In this document: positions 8,983-17,674 of the stretch, piece after piece | How positions within the stretch are numbered: the first letter of the stretch is position 1 | Layout of the letters: every line of letters starts with the position of its first letter | Sequence record: PV764938.1 | Direction: 5' to 3' (one strand) | DNA length: 64,000 nt | Made by a program: the position numbers and the translations under genes | Notes under the pieces: generated by a model | What the model was told of the DNA's origin: nothing | Database searches by the model: none | Seen by the model: only the letters and a program-made list of their open reading frames with translations

Positions 8983-10242
8983 ATGGTAGAAAAACACAAA
9001 GTCTTGTTTTGCAGCTTCTGCAACAAGAGCCAACACGAAGTCAAAAAGCTTATCGCAGGTCCGGATGTTTTCATTTGCGATGAGTGCACCAAACTTTGCT
9101 TCGATATCCTGGATGAAAAACCAGCTGAAGCTGGTGTCCAGATCGATGAAAAGATCCCAAGCCCGCGCAAAATTAAAGAATTCCTGGACCAGTATATCAT
9201 CGGTCAGGACCATGCAAAGATGGTCTTCGGTGTTGCCGTCCACAACCACTATTTGCGCCTGGATAACCCTGTCGTAGACGGTGTTGAACTTGAGAAGTCC
9301 AACATTCTGCTGATGGGTCCGACTGGTTCCGGTAAGACACTGTTCGCACAGAGCATTGCTCGTATGCTGGATGTTCCCTTCGCAATCGCAGACGCCACTT
9401 CGCTTACTGAAGCCGGTTATGTTGGTGACGATGTTGAGTCGATCATTTCGCGTTTGCTGGCTGCCGCTGATGGCGACGTCAAGAAGTGCGAACGTGGTAT
9501 CATCTACTTGGACGAAATCGACAAAAAGGCGAAGAAGTCCGAGAACCTCAGCATCACACGCGATGTCTCAGGTGAAGGTGTTCAACAGGCTCTCTTGAAG
9601 ATCATCGAAGGCAGCGAAGTTCGTGTTAGCCCGCAGGGTGGTCGCAAGAATCCATCCGCCGAGATGACTGTCATCAACACCAAGAACATTCTGTTCATCG
9701 TTGGTGGTGCGTTCGTTGGTCTCGAAGCTATCATCGAAAAGCGCACTGGCGGTAACAACTCGTCCATCGGCTTCGGTGCAAAGGTTAAGTCCGAGACAAC
9801 CCGTTTGACTCACAATGGCTCGCTCATGGGTCAAGTTGATCCCGAAGATCTTGCCAAGTTTGGTCTAATTCCCGAGTTGATCGGTCGTCTGTCTACGGTT
9901 ACTCATCTTGAAGAACTCACAGCGGATCAGCTGGTTCGCGTTCTCAAGGAGCCCCGCAATGCTGTTGCTCGTCAGTTCGAGAAGCAGTTCAAGCTCGATG
10001 GTGTTGAACTCGAAATTGAAGATTCGGCTCTCCGTTTCATTGCTGAAACCGCCAAGGCCCGTAAAGTCGGTGCGCGTGGTCTCCGCAACGTAATTGAGAA
10101 GAAGCTGTTGAAGCTGCAATTCGAACTCCCAGACCTGAAGGCATCGGGCGTTGAAAAGATCGTTGTTGGTGAGGACTTCTTCTCGAAGGACACTCCGGCG
10201 ACTCTCGTATATGGTCAGCCTGCAGCCACTGGTTCGGATTGA
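8983..10242 (+). CDS. clpX: ATP-dependent Clp protease ATP-binding subunit ClpX
   Basis: C4 zinc finger [26 protein letters not shown], Walker [40 protein letters not shown]. Confidence 0.97.
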   Translation: MVEKHKVLFCSFCNKSQHEVKKLIAGPDVFICDECTKLCFDILDEKPAEAGVQIDEKIPSPRKIKEFLDQYIIGQDHAKMVFGVAVHNHYLRLDNPVVDGVELEKSNILLMGPTGSGKTLFAQSIARMLDVPFAIADATSLTEAGYVGDDVESIISRLLAAADGDVKKCERGIIYLDEIDKKAKKSENLSITRDVSGEGVQQALLKIIEGSEVRVSPQGGRKNPSAEMTVINTKNILFIVGGAFVGLEAIIEKRTGGNNSSIGFGAKVKSETTRLTHNGSLMGQVDPEDLAKFGLIPELIGRLSTVTHLEELTADQLVRVLKEPRNAVARQFEKQFKLDGVELEIEDSALRFIAETAKARKVGARGLRNVIEKKLLKLQFELPDLKASGVEKIVVGEDFFSKDTPATLVYGQPAATGSD

Positions 10243-10307
10243 TGTTGACACATTGGTTATCCTGTTATAGAACGTAACAGGATAACCAACCAAAGGAGAC
10301 TTTTTCT

Positions 10308-10829
10308 GTGAATCTCACACACGATGTGAACAACAAGATCAAGGCGAAGGAAGTTCGTCTGGTCGGTACAGATGGACAACAGCTCGGCGTCGTAGCGTTC
10401 GACGTGGCTCTGCAACAGGCTTTTGATGCAGGTGTCGATCTGGTGCAAATCAACGGAGCGATCAACCCTCCGCTTTGCCGCATCGTCGATTACGGGAAGT
10501 TCAAGTACGAGCTGACCCGTGCCGAGAAGGATCGCAAGAAAAAGAATCGCGAAAACACCGTCGAGATCAAAGAGATCCAGCTGCGTCCGGTTACGGATAC
10601 ACACGATATCGAGATCAAGGCAAAGCGCACTGTCGGCTTCCTCGAGGACGGCGACAAGGTCAAGGTGATCGTTCGTTTCAAGGGTCGCGAACTCTCGCAC
10701 CGTGAAATGGGCCAGAAAATCCTGGATACCTTCTGCGATGCCGTCGGCGATGCCAACTACAAGGTCGAATCTCCGGTTTCGATGAACGGTCGTCAAATGA
10801 TGATGGTTCTCGGCCCAATCAAGAAGTAA
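10308..10829 (+). CDS. infC: translation initiation factor IF-3
   Basis: INAKEVRLV-like N-domain, PPLCRIVDYGKFKYE, KEIQLRP, GDKVKVIVRFKGRE. Confidence 0.96.
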   Translation: MNLTHDVNNKIKAKEVRLVGTDGQQLGVVAFDVALQQAFDAGVDLVQINGAINPPLCRIVDYGKFKYELTRAEKDRKKKNRENTVEIKEIQLRPVTDTHDIEIKAKRTVGFLEDGDKVKVIVRFKGRELSHREMGQKILDTFCDAVGDANYKVESPVSMNGRQMMMVLGPIKK

Positions 10830-10838
10830 GGTGCTCCA

Positions 10839-11036
10839 ATGGCAATGAACGACACTTGCAAGATCCGCAACACCAACAATGGCGTCAACAAGATCTGCGA
10901 CGTTCTGAGCCGTACCGATAAATCCATACGTGTGGTGTTTCCGGGGACGACGATTCCTCTGACACTCACACGTAAGGATACACGCGGCCCCTATGTTGGG
11001 CATTATGCGGGAATGGAGTTCACAAGTGTTGGTTGA
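10839..11036 (+). CDS. small hypothetical protein
   Basis: 65-aa ORF directly after infC. Confidence 0.6.
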   Translation: MAMNDTCKIRNTNNGVNKICDVLSRTDKSIRVVFPGTTIPLTLTRKDTRGPYVGHYAGMEFTSVG

Positions 11037-11343
11037 TACAGCCGAAACCCGACTAAACAAGTTGGGTAAACACGACCGCAAAGAAGTCGTGAAGATGATT
11101 AAGAAAAACCAAAAGCGCCTGGTAAAGCGTAAGGTTACCGGGTCCGCTGCTAAGAGCCTTCGTGCTCGAATACGGCAATCACGCCGCGCGGAAAATCGCG
11201 CGTATCGCATGGGTGAAATATCCATGATGAAGGACATATACGAGGGCAATACTCATGTGCCCACGTATTCGAGGAATTCAGAAAAGGCTCGTAAACAGTT
11301 CCATCGTGGACGTCAACGATCCGCTGACAATTTCCTCTATTAG

Positions 11344-11436
11344 CCGCGTGAGACTTGGTTAGTCAGAGAGAGCTTATACCTCTTTTAGCCCCAGATTAGG
11401 GTTCCCGAGACAGTTCGATTCTGTCCACGCGGACCA
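11344..11436 (+). tRNA. tRNA, anticodon UAU (Ile-reading) with long variable arm
   Basis: CCGCGTG/CACGCGG-A-CCA acceptor; GAGAG-CTTATAC-CTCTT anticodon arm; GCCC/GGGT variable hairpin; GACAG-TTCGATT-CTGTC T arm. Confidence 0.8.
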
Positions 11437-11440
11437 ACAG

Positions 11441-11563
11441 ATGAGTCGGAAGCCCCCAATGCTCGACGGAGTACGCGGCCCCGGCACCAGCAATGGGTTC
11501 TGATTCGCGACCTCCGGTTTAAGCCGTTGCCGACGGGTACGGCTAGGAGGCTTTTCGGAGTCC
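11441..11563 (+). ncRNA. candidate ~120-nt structured RNA between the tRNA and a terminator
   Basis: Nested helices GGAAGCC/GGCTTTT, CGCGG/TCGCG, CCTCC/GGAGG, AGCCGT/ACGGCT. No credible ORF. Confidence 0.4.
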
Positions 11564-11577
11564 ATTGCAACGGTACA

Positions 11578-11605
11578 AAAACAGGAAGCCTGAGGCTTCC
11601 TGTTT
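11578..11605 (+). terminator. intrinsic terminator
   Basis: AAACAGGAAGCC-TGA-GGCTTCCTGTTT. Confidence 0.75.
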
Positions 11606-11615
11606 CCATTTGTGG

Positions 11616-11643
11616 TTGACACAACTGGTATTCCTGTTATTGT
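11616..11643 (+). promoter_or_regulatory. sigma70-type promoter
   Basis: TTGACA-N14-GT-TATTGT. Confidence 0.65.
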
Positions 11644-11662
11644 CCCAGTAATAGGAGAGAAC

Positions 11663-12205
11663 ATGAACGTACACGTAAACGCCAATTTCGTCCTTCGCGC
11701 TGCGGTCAATCGCAAATGGCCTGCCGATGAGCAGAAGGAATGGTGGTACATGAAACTGGCAGACGCTCGTCGCCGGAAACTTCTCCGCTGTTCGGAACAA
11801 CAGAATCACCGCTGCTGTTACTGCGGTGTAAAGACCTGGCATCCCCAATATGGTGAAGTCGGTTCGAAGCGTCGTATGGCTACTCTGGAGCACGTATTGG
11901 CACGTGCTGAAGGTGGCACCGACAATATGAACAATCTGACTATGGCTTGCTCCCGTTGCAATAACGGACGTGGCGATCACTTCGAGGCCATGGAATTCTA
12001 CGAAATGACTGTCGGCTTACGCCCGCAAAAGGCTCGCACTCGTGCCGAAGTCAGCGCGGAGAAAGTTGCAGAACGCAAAGCCAAGCAACAAGCTCGTTCA
12101 CAGACCGCGACGGTTTACGCCGCATACACGCTTAGCGCGTTGGACCTTTGGTGGTGGTGGGATGCCTGGTTGACGTACGGCGAATCCATGTTAGAAACGG
12201 AATAA
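11663..12205 (+). CDS. HNH endonuclease (McrA-like, Zn-binding)
   Basis: CCYCG...TLEHVLARAEGGTDNMNNLTMACSRCNNGRG. GGAGAG RBS before ATG 11663. Confidence 0.85.
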   Translation: MNVHVNANFVLRAAVNRKWPADEQKEWWYMKLADARRRKLLRCSEQQNHRCCYCGVKTWHPQYGEVGSKRRMATLEHVLARAEGGTDNMNNLTMACSRCNNGRGDHFEAMEFYEMTVGLRPQKARTRAEVSAEKVAERKAKQQARSQTATVYAAYTLSALDLWWWWDAWLTYGESMLETE

Positions 12206-12216
12206 AGGAGACCATT

Positions 12217-12348
12217 ATGAACGAAAAGATTATCATCGTGTCCAAGGACAGCCCGGTCAGCAACGATGTTCTCGCTGCATTCGAGGCTCATGGCTGGGAT
12301 ATCCAGTTCGAGGAAGATCTCGAAGCCCAGGCGGCGGTTGAAGCCTAA
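12217..12348 (+). CDS. small hypothetical protein (43 aa)
   Basis: AAAGGAG RBS, ATG 12217. Confidence 0.6.
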   Translation: MNEKIIIVSKDSPVSNDVLAAFEAHGWDIQFEEDLEAQAAVEA

Positions 12349-12391
12349 GCTTGCTGTTCGTATAATTGTTCTACGACATTGTTATTCCTGG

Positions 12392-12445
12392 TTGACAGGG
12401 GAAATTCCTATGTTAATTTGGGAATAACAAAGGAGATCGGACATG
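12392..12445 (+). promoter_or_regulatory. promoter plus conserved RBS cassette
   Basis: TTGACA-N14-GT-TAATTT followed by AAGGAGATCGGACATG. Confidence 0.7.
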
Positions 12446-12841
12446 ACGAAGAAGACTGTTGCAATTGTTGGTGGTGCTGGTCAGATTGCTGCTCGTATTG
12501 CTCACATTATGCTGGACAATCCTGGTGCGAAGGTCACAGTAATCAACACCGACGATATCGCCGAAGTCAAGCTCGATGTCGAAACTATGACCATCGGTTA
12601 CGATCCCAAGATGGTCGAATCGCTGATGGGTTCGCTTACGGAGCAGGAACTCTACGGCATCACCCTTCACGAAGCTCATCGCTTGGTTCTGGAAGGTCGT
12701 TTGGGCTCCACCGATTACAAGATTCCCAACGCGCCGGTTAAGGACGTCAAGATTGACGTTTCGGATGATCTCCCCAAGAATGCGAAAAAGCCCAAGTTCC
12801 TTCTGGAACAGAATCACAGCATTCGTGGCTTCCGTCGCTAA
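12443..12841 (+). CDS. hypothetical protein
   Basis: 132 aa, strong RBS. Confidence 0.75.
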   Translation: MTKKTVAIVGGAGQIAARIAHIMLDNPGAKVTVINTDDIAEVKLDVETMTIGYDPKMVESLMGSLTEQELYGITLHEAHRLVLEGRLGSTDYKIPNAPVKDVKIDVSDDLPKNAKKPKFLLEQNHSIRGFRR

Positions 12842-12851
12842 GGAGATCCAA

Positions 12852-13025
12852 ATGAAACTCGGTGTTCTCAACTTCGGCAAATTCATGAAGCTGGTCATGG
12901 AACGGGCCAACGACAACACGCCACCGCCGGCAACGTTCTACTTCAAGGACACGAGCGACCGCATCAGCCCCGAGCGGATGGCGGAGTTTATGGCAGAAAT
13001 CGGCGCAATCGCAGGAGACAATTAA
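12852..13025 (+). CDS. small hypothetical protein (57 aa)
   Basis: AGGAGATCCAAATG start. Confidence 0.65.
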   Translation: MKLGVLNFGKFMKLVMERANDNTPPPATFYFKDTSDRISPERMAEFMAEIGAIAGDN

Positions 13026-13414
13026 TGGCCCGCAAGACCAAGGCACAGGAACTCGCAGACTTCTCTGCGCACGTCAATAAGCTGGCCGTCGGCTATGGAC
13101 TGTTTCCGACAACCCTCGTCATGACCCAGATTCTCGACCTCGGCTATGATATTTCCGAGGAACGGCCCGAGAATGTGTTCCAGATCATTATGCTTGCGGT
13201 TACAGAGATCCAGACGCTCTGGGAAACGTATGGCTCCAAGCCCAACGTACTGGTCGACGCAAAGCTCGCAAACGTCCACAAGAGCCTCCAAAATGTCTCC
13301 GAAGAATATCAGATGATGTTCTGGATTGGTGTGTCCAATCACGGTGTGCGGTTCAAGCGCCAACCCGCGTTCATCACCAAGGACATTGCCGAGTATATGC
13401 TGGAAAATTCCTGA
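13025..13414 (+). CDS. hypothetical protein
   Basis: 129 aa, GGAG RBS, TAATG overlap. Confidence 0.7.
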   Translation: MARKTKAQELADFSAHVNKLAVGYGLFPTTLVMTQILDLGYDISEERPENVFQIIMLAVTEIQTLWETYGSKPNVLVDAKLANVHKSLQNVSEEYQMMFWIGVSNHGVRFKRQPAFITKDIAEYMLENS

Positions 13415-13429
13415 TTAAGTACGTACTTG

Positions 13430-13470
13430 TTGACAACTCTAGTTCCTATAAACTAATGTAGGAACTAGAG
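13430..13470 (+). promoter_or_regulatory. promoter overlapped by a 12-bp inverted repeat
   Basis: TTGACA 13430-35 and TAATGT 13454-59. CTCTAGTTCCTA (13437-48) is complementary to TAGGAACTAGAG (13459-70). Confidence 0.6.
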
Positions 13471-13890
13471 TGTGTCACACGGATACAGTGAACCCGGACT
13501 TAGACGGGCACGATGAGGCGCTGCACTCGCGTCGAACGGAACGAGGTCATCCCCGGCCCCATGCAAAAGGACTCCCGGGTAGATGTGGACCGCCGCAAAG
13601 GGTCGCCGCTGCTGATGGCAGTGAGGAAAAGATCAGTGAAATCTCCTTTGATGTTGAGAACTCTGAGGTACGAAGTTGTAGACTCGTGAAGCTACTTCGT
13701 ATTGCACGCGCCCGCAAGGCAGCGTAACCGTATGAGGGTGAAAGCCCTGGATAGCCGGAAGTTGTAGGATCACGCATACCACCTACGCGATATTCCGTAC
13801 ACGAGAAACTATGAAGCACTCGTAGGAAGTCTGTCCCCCTGTTAGGACTTTGCAATTGTTTTTGTTGCGTTGTTCTAACGGGGGGATAAT
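13465..13890 (+). ncRNA. candidate ~430-nt structured non-coding RNA, unassigned family
   Basis: Gene-free interval after a promoter. Helices ACCCGG/CCGGGT, TACGAAGT/ACTTCGTA, GGG-TGAAAG-CCC, ACGAG/CTCGT and a 15-bp hairpin 13833-47/13873-87. GNRA-like loops on the + strand. Confidence 0.55.
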
Positions 13891-13926
13891 AAACATCGCA
13901 TCTGTAGGAAATCATATACGCTTCGC

Positions 13927-14065
13927 TTTTCCCACCAATAGTCCCATCAAAACCCTGATATATTTCCCACCAAATAGCCCACCAAGCCATCCACGGAAAT
14001 AGCCCATAGAGATCTGACATCCATAACCACCCATGGAAAATCCCGGAATAATGAATACTCCGGGA
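13927..14065. repeat. C-rich imperfect direct repeats plus inverted repeat
   Basis: CCCACCAA at 13931, 13966 and 13978; AAATAGCCCA twice; TCCCGGA/TCCGGGA at 14041-65. Confidence 0.55.
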
Positions 14066-14096
14066 CTACGACTTCCTTGGAATTATGCTCTAGTAC

Positions 14097-14480
14097 TCAG
14101 CTAGTACCCCACGTCAGGAACACCTCAGGCTTCTGAGCTTTGAACCACTCCTTGGCCTCATCCGGCGTATCCGAATTGTCCAGGATCACTTGGAGCTTGG
14201 TCTGGTACTCCTTGTTTTGACTGGAATCCGGCTCCATAGCCGCCTTGAACTTTTCTTTGAGTTCAGCGAGTTTGTCCCAGCCGATATCGTTGCATTCGTC
14301 GATGTCGGTGATTTCAATGCCCAGGAACAACGGCTGATCGCCGGAACCACTGTAGGAGCTTTCGAGAATGTCCGCCTGATAGAGATCGTCGATAGCGATC
14401 TTCAGATCCTCGGAAATATCGAAATTGTTGTAGTCTTTGAGATTCAGTCCGAAAATGAACTGTCCGATTGCATAGGTCAT
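14097..14480 (-). CDS. hypothetical protein
   Basis: 127-aa acidic ORF with an AAGGAG RBS. Confidence 0.75.
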   Translation of the reverse strand: MTYAIGQFIFGLNLKDYNNFDISEDLKIAIDDLYQADILESSYSGSGDQPLFLGIEITDIDECNDIGWDKLAELKEKFKAAMEPDSSQNKEYQTKLQVILDNSDTPDEAKEWFKAQKPEVFLTWGTS

Positions 14481-14632
14481 TTCTTGCTCCTTATTGCTTT
14501 CTCAAGCTCACGTTTCTTTTCAAACATTTTGTGCTTGCGGTGTTGAATTTCTTTTTCCGGCTTGAAGAACACCGCATCGATGTAATCGTCTACAGCGTTT
14601 TGGTATTCTTCAAGGGCTTTCAAAGCGTCCAT
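14477..14632 (-). CDS. small hypothetical protein (51 aa)
   Basis: Hand translation MDALKALEEYQNAVDDYIDAVFFKPEKE...; overlaps both neighbours by 1-4 nt. Confidence 0.6.
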   Translation of the reverse strand: MDALKALEEYQNAVDDYIDAVFFKPEKEIQHRKHKMFEKKRELEKAIRSKK

Positions 14633-15801
14633 CAGCCATCAATCCAATGCGGAACAAACCGCGAGAGATTCCTCGTAATTGGGCCTTTATCCTCACGGAT
14701 ACCGATACCACAGGCCTTGCCCGCTACTACCCAAGACCCAATACACATATAGTCGTCGCCAAACTTGGGCAAGACTGCGGCGGCCTGGACGACATAGCCT
14801 TCCTCGCCGTATTCGCCATCGGCCTCAACCCGTCCGCCTTCGACCCATTCGCTCACTAGCGTAACGTTTTCGCCTTCACGACTCAACAAGGGCTTGCGAA
14901 CATACTCGGTGAGTTCCTTGCTGCGCGGGTCGTCATCCCAATACGCAGGGAGCAAATTGGGATGATCCGGAAACAATTCCCAAAGGATCGGCAAAATGCC
15001 CTTGTTCGAGAGCAGCGCCTTCCACAGGGGTTCGTAAATGCGTGTCGGCGAGGTGATCAGCTTGGGACCAAACTCCTCGTGGAACATATGCTCCAACGGG
15101 TAAAGCTTGAACAGGTTCTTGATCTGCTTGTCGTCGTTGTCCATGAAGTTGTCTTGGGCATCGATGCCAATGTCCGAGATATCAAGGATAGTGACTTCCA
15201 AACCGGCCTGGTGTGCGCAATCTGCCATGTAGTAGACTGTGAGCGCATCCTCTTCGGATTCAAGCGCACCGGTGAAATGGAACTCTTTGTGAGTGCCACC
15301 AAGCACACGAAAAGCCTCGACAAGCTTTTCGTGAATGCTGTTGTACTGATCAGCGCCCTCAGGGAGGATTCCCCGCTGTTTCATGTCCTCGAGCCACATC
15401 CACTGAAACACAGCGGACTCATATAGGCTTGTCGGAGTGTCCGCGTTGAATTCCAGCATCTTCGCTGGAGATTCACCATCGTAGGACAGGTCGAACCGAC
15501 CATAGAGGTCATGATCCGTAACTTCCCAGGACCGTTTGATGGCGTCGTGATAGATCGCCGGGATACCCAACTTTGTCATCAAGCTGGGATCCTTGTAAAC
15601 GATATGATCGACTGCGGCGTAGCAGAGTTCTACGAGTGCAGTTGTCGGATCCTCGATGTTGTTTTCGATTTCATCCAACGTGAACCGATAGGCACGAGAT
15701 TCATCCCAGTAGAGTTCCCCATACATGTGATGAATGTGGAAATCATTTTCCTCGGCAATTTCAACCCAATCGGGTCTCGCACCAATATCGACTCTCTGCA
15801 T
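14632..15801 (-). CDS. ygiC: glutathionylspermidine synthase-like ATP-grasp ligase (YgiC/YjfC family)
   Basis: YWDES, LYGRFDLSY, KMLEFNADTPTSLYESA, FKLYPLE, LSNKGILPILW, KPLLSREGEN, IGSWVV. Confidence 0.93.
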   Translation of the reverse strand: MQRVDIGARPDWVEIAEENDFHIHHMYGELYWDESRAYRFTLDEIENNIEDPTTALVELCYAAVDHIVYKDPSLMTKLGIPAIYHDAIKRSWEVTDHDLYGRFDLSYDGESPAKMLEFNADTPTSLYESAVFQWMWLEDMKQRGILPEGADQYNSIHEKLVEAFRVLGGTHKEFHFTGALESEEDALTVYYMADCAHQAGLEVTILDISDIGIDAQDNFMDNDDKQIKNLFKLYPLEHMFHEEFGPKLITSPTRIYEPLWKALLSNKGILPILWELFPDHPNLLPAYWDDDPRSKELTEYVRKPLLSREGENVTLVSEWVEGGRVEADGEYGEEGYVVQAAAVLPKFGDDYMCIGSWVVAGKACGIGIREDKGPITRNLSRFVPHWIDG

Positions 15802-15810
15802 GTGTTCCTC

Positions 15811-16392
15811 TTAACCGCCGAAGCCACCACTGCGACCACCAAAGCCGCCCTTACCAATTGTGGTAGTACGAACTGCGGGCTTTGTAAAGCTGTGATTCGC
15901 CACATATCCGCGCGGCGACACTTTAAATGCACCGGTGCTCTTGCTGACGTAATCGCCACCAGCGTTTACGAGGCCAGACTGCGACTTGCTCCGATACAGA
16001 GCCTGTGAGCTCAGCGGCGTAGACATTCCACGATTGTCGGGCAGAGCGTAGCTGGGGCGGCCCATCATGTAACCGTACATGAATGGCATGAACCCATGAC
16101 CACCGGCGCTGTGGGTCGCTGGGGTTGGTTCACATTTGCCCTGAGTTTCTTCTTCGCAATCTTTCTGGGATTCAAAGGACGGTGCGTTCTTCTGGTGATC
16201 CAGGAGAGCCTCACGGAAGCTCTTTTCGCAAGCTGCGGGATCATTCAGCCGACGACCGCGGTCATCCGCAGCGTCGATGCACTGGGCAACATTTTCGTAT
16301 GCGCTGGTCTGGATGTCAGGTTCACTTTCACAACCAGCGAGAAGGCCTGCGACACCAATCAGTGCCAGGCTAACACTTGCAGACTTTTTCAT
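15811..16392 (-). CDS. ygiB: DUF1190 / YgiB-like lipoprotein
   Basis: Lipobox LLAGC, paired cysteines, FMPFMYGYMMG, Gly-rich tail GKGGFGGRSGGFGG. Directly upstream of the ygiC homologue. Confidence 0.85.
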   Translation of the reverse strand: MKKSASVSLALIGVAGLLAGCESEPDIQTSAYENVAQCIDAADDRGRRLNDPAACEKSFREALLDHQKNAPSFESQKDCEEETQGKCEPTPATHSAGGHGFMPFMYGYMMGRPSYALPDNRGMSTPLSSQALYRSKSQSGLVNAGGDYVSKSTGAFKVSPRGYVANHSFTKPAVRTTTIGKGGFGGRSGGFGG

Positions 16393-16427
16393 AGTATACT
16401 CAAAGACTTAGGGGCAATGTCGATCTA

Positions 16428-16940
16428 TTAGCCTTGGGCGCCGATGATGCGACCGTCTGTGCCGATCACATCAACCTTACCCAAAGCATTCTTGCGGAGA
16501 CCTGCACAGGCTTCCGCGAAGTATTTGCGAGCAGCTTCTTCGTGAGCCGGGAATGCCCACTCCTCAGGAGATTGCGGATCCCAAAGCAGCACTTCAAGCG
16601 TTTCGCGCGGAGTTTGCGCGGCCATCTGTGATTCAGACCACGGCGTATAGGCGGGTTCAGGACCCTCATACGAGGCAATCAACAGATTCTTAGTGTTGTT
16701 CTCGATGGACTTGAAATCCACGATCTTCCACGTCAACGTGCTCGTGTTGACGCCCGACTCTTGATAGGTCTCCGCTGACAGCGTCTGTCCCCAGGAATCG
16801 CCCATCTCCTGAAAGCCACCGGGCAAGCTAATCTTACCGTAGCCGTGAGAAAGTGCGCGACGAATCACCAAGATCTTGTTCTGGATTTTGACCAATGGGA
16901 CCATAACGGTCGGCGGATTGTAGTTGGAAAATTTAGTCAT
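16428..16940 (-). CDS. NUDIX hydrolase
   Basis: Variant Nudix box LPGGFQEMGDSWGQTLSAETYQESG, AFPAH tail. Start set at ATG 16940. Confidence 0.75.
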   Translation of the reverse strand: MTKFSNYNPPTVMVPLVKIQNKILVIRRALSHGYGKISLPGGFQEMGDSWGQTLSAETYQESGVNTSTLTWKIVDFKSIENNTKNLLIASYEGPEPAYTPWSESQMAAQTPRETLEVLLWDPQSPEEWAFPAHEEAARKYFAEACAGLRKNALGKVDVIGTDGRIIGAQG

Positions 16941-17128
16941 CGTGAATGGATTCCATATACCATGAGAAGAACGAGGCCAAGCACTACTGCGGCAACAATG
17001 GAAGACGCAATAAATTTCTTCCAAGGACCCCACGTTGGGTTATTATCACCCAAAATATAGTTGAACATCATATTGAAGATACCGTAACTGATGACGGTAA
17101 TAAATGTCATGTCCGTATCCCAGATCAT
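16937..17128 (-). CDS. small membrane protein
   Basis: 63 aa with two hydrophobic segments. Confidence 0.6.
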   Translation of the reverse strand: MIWDTDMTFITVISYGIFNMMFNYILGDNNPTWGPWKKFIASSIVAAVVLGLVLLMVYGIHSR

Positions 17129-17373
17129 GCGATCTTTCTTTCAAGCTCTTCTACTTCATTGCGAAGAAGTCGGAGCACGATTTCACTCGCGCTTGGTTTG
17201 GGGATGCCACCGCGCACAGTGGCATTTGGAAATTCGCCGCGAATCGTATCGAGTGCCATTTCGAAATCCTTGAGGTCCTCGGCGTACCAAGCCTCTTGAA
17301 TCTTTTCGATTAGCTCTCGAGCTTCTTTTTCCTCGGCATTGTTTGCGAATTGAAAGTTTGGCCTACTTGCCAT
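17125..17373 (-). CDS. hypothetical protein
   Basis: ATG 17373 (TGATG coupling), 82 aa. Confidence 0.6.
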   Translation of the reverse strand: MASRPNFQFANNAEEKEARELIEKIQEAWYAEDLKDFEMALDTIRGEFPNATVRGGIPKPSASEIVLRLLRNEVEELERKIA

Positions 17374-17552
17374 CAGTAATAACCCCAAGCATGACCAGTG
17401 AGAATACATGCGGCTACCAACACGCTTACTGTGCCAGCGCCCCACATCCATTTGTGGAATACTTTGTCTTGAATGCCTGTGACAACACCAAGCATCAGAA
17501 GCGCAAACCCACCGGCGCCTGTAAGACAGAATGCAATTTCGCCGATATCCAT
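17373..17552 (-). CDS. small membrane protein (59 aa)
   Basis: Hand translation MDIGEIAFCLTGAGGFALLMLGVV...; AAAGGAG RBS. Confidence 0.6.
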   Translation of the reverse strand: MDIGEIAFCLTGAGGFALLMLGVVTGIQDKVFHKWMWGAGTVSVLVAACILTGHAWGYY

Positions 17553-17674
17553 AGTGAGCTCCTTTGAGTTAGTCCATAACAGTTTGGTGTCCTAAGTCAA
17601 TAGCCAAAATATTGACAAGGCTTCGTTAACCCTGTTAGGGTGAAGCAAGCTCGCAAAACAAAATGGAGAAAATA

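Noticed and set aside
10993-11343. Very basic 116-aa ORF as a possible ribosomal protein
   Set aside because: No recognisable family motif or clear RBS, and it overlaps 10839..11036. Left unannotated.
11663-12205. HNH (and the GIY-YIG at 59004) as intron-encoded homing endonucleases
   Set aside because: Both are free-standing. No interrupted host gene or group I/II intron core is visible, and thrS and the topoisomerase genes are continuous.
12443-12841. VAIVGGAGQIA as a Rossmann NAD-binding enzyme
   Set aside because: Only the first beta-alpha unit is present and the protein is too short for a dehydrogenase. Kept as hypothetical.
13600-13750. RNase P RNA-like words (GAGGAAAAG, GGGTGAAAG)
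   Set aside because: The P4 signatures GAGGAAAGTCC and AACCCGGCTTA are absent and the motif order does not fit.
13547-14020. 157-aa minus-strand ORF
   Set aside because: It overlaps the structured RNA and repeat patch, has odd W/S-rich composition and no RBS.
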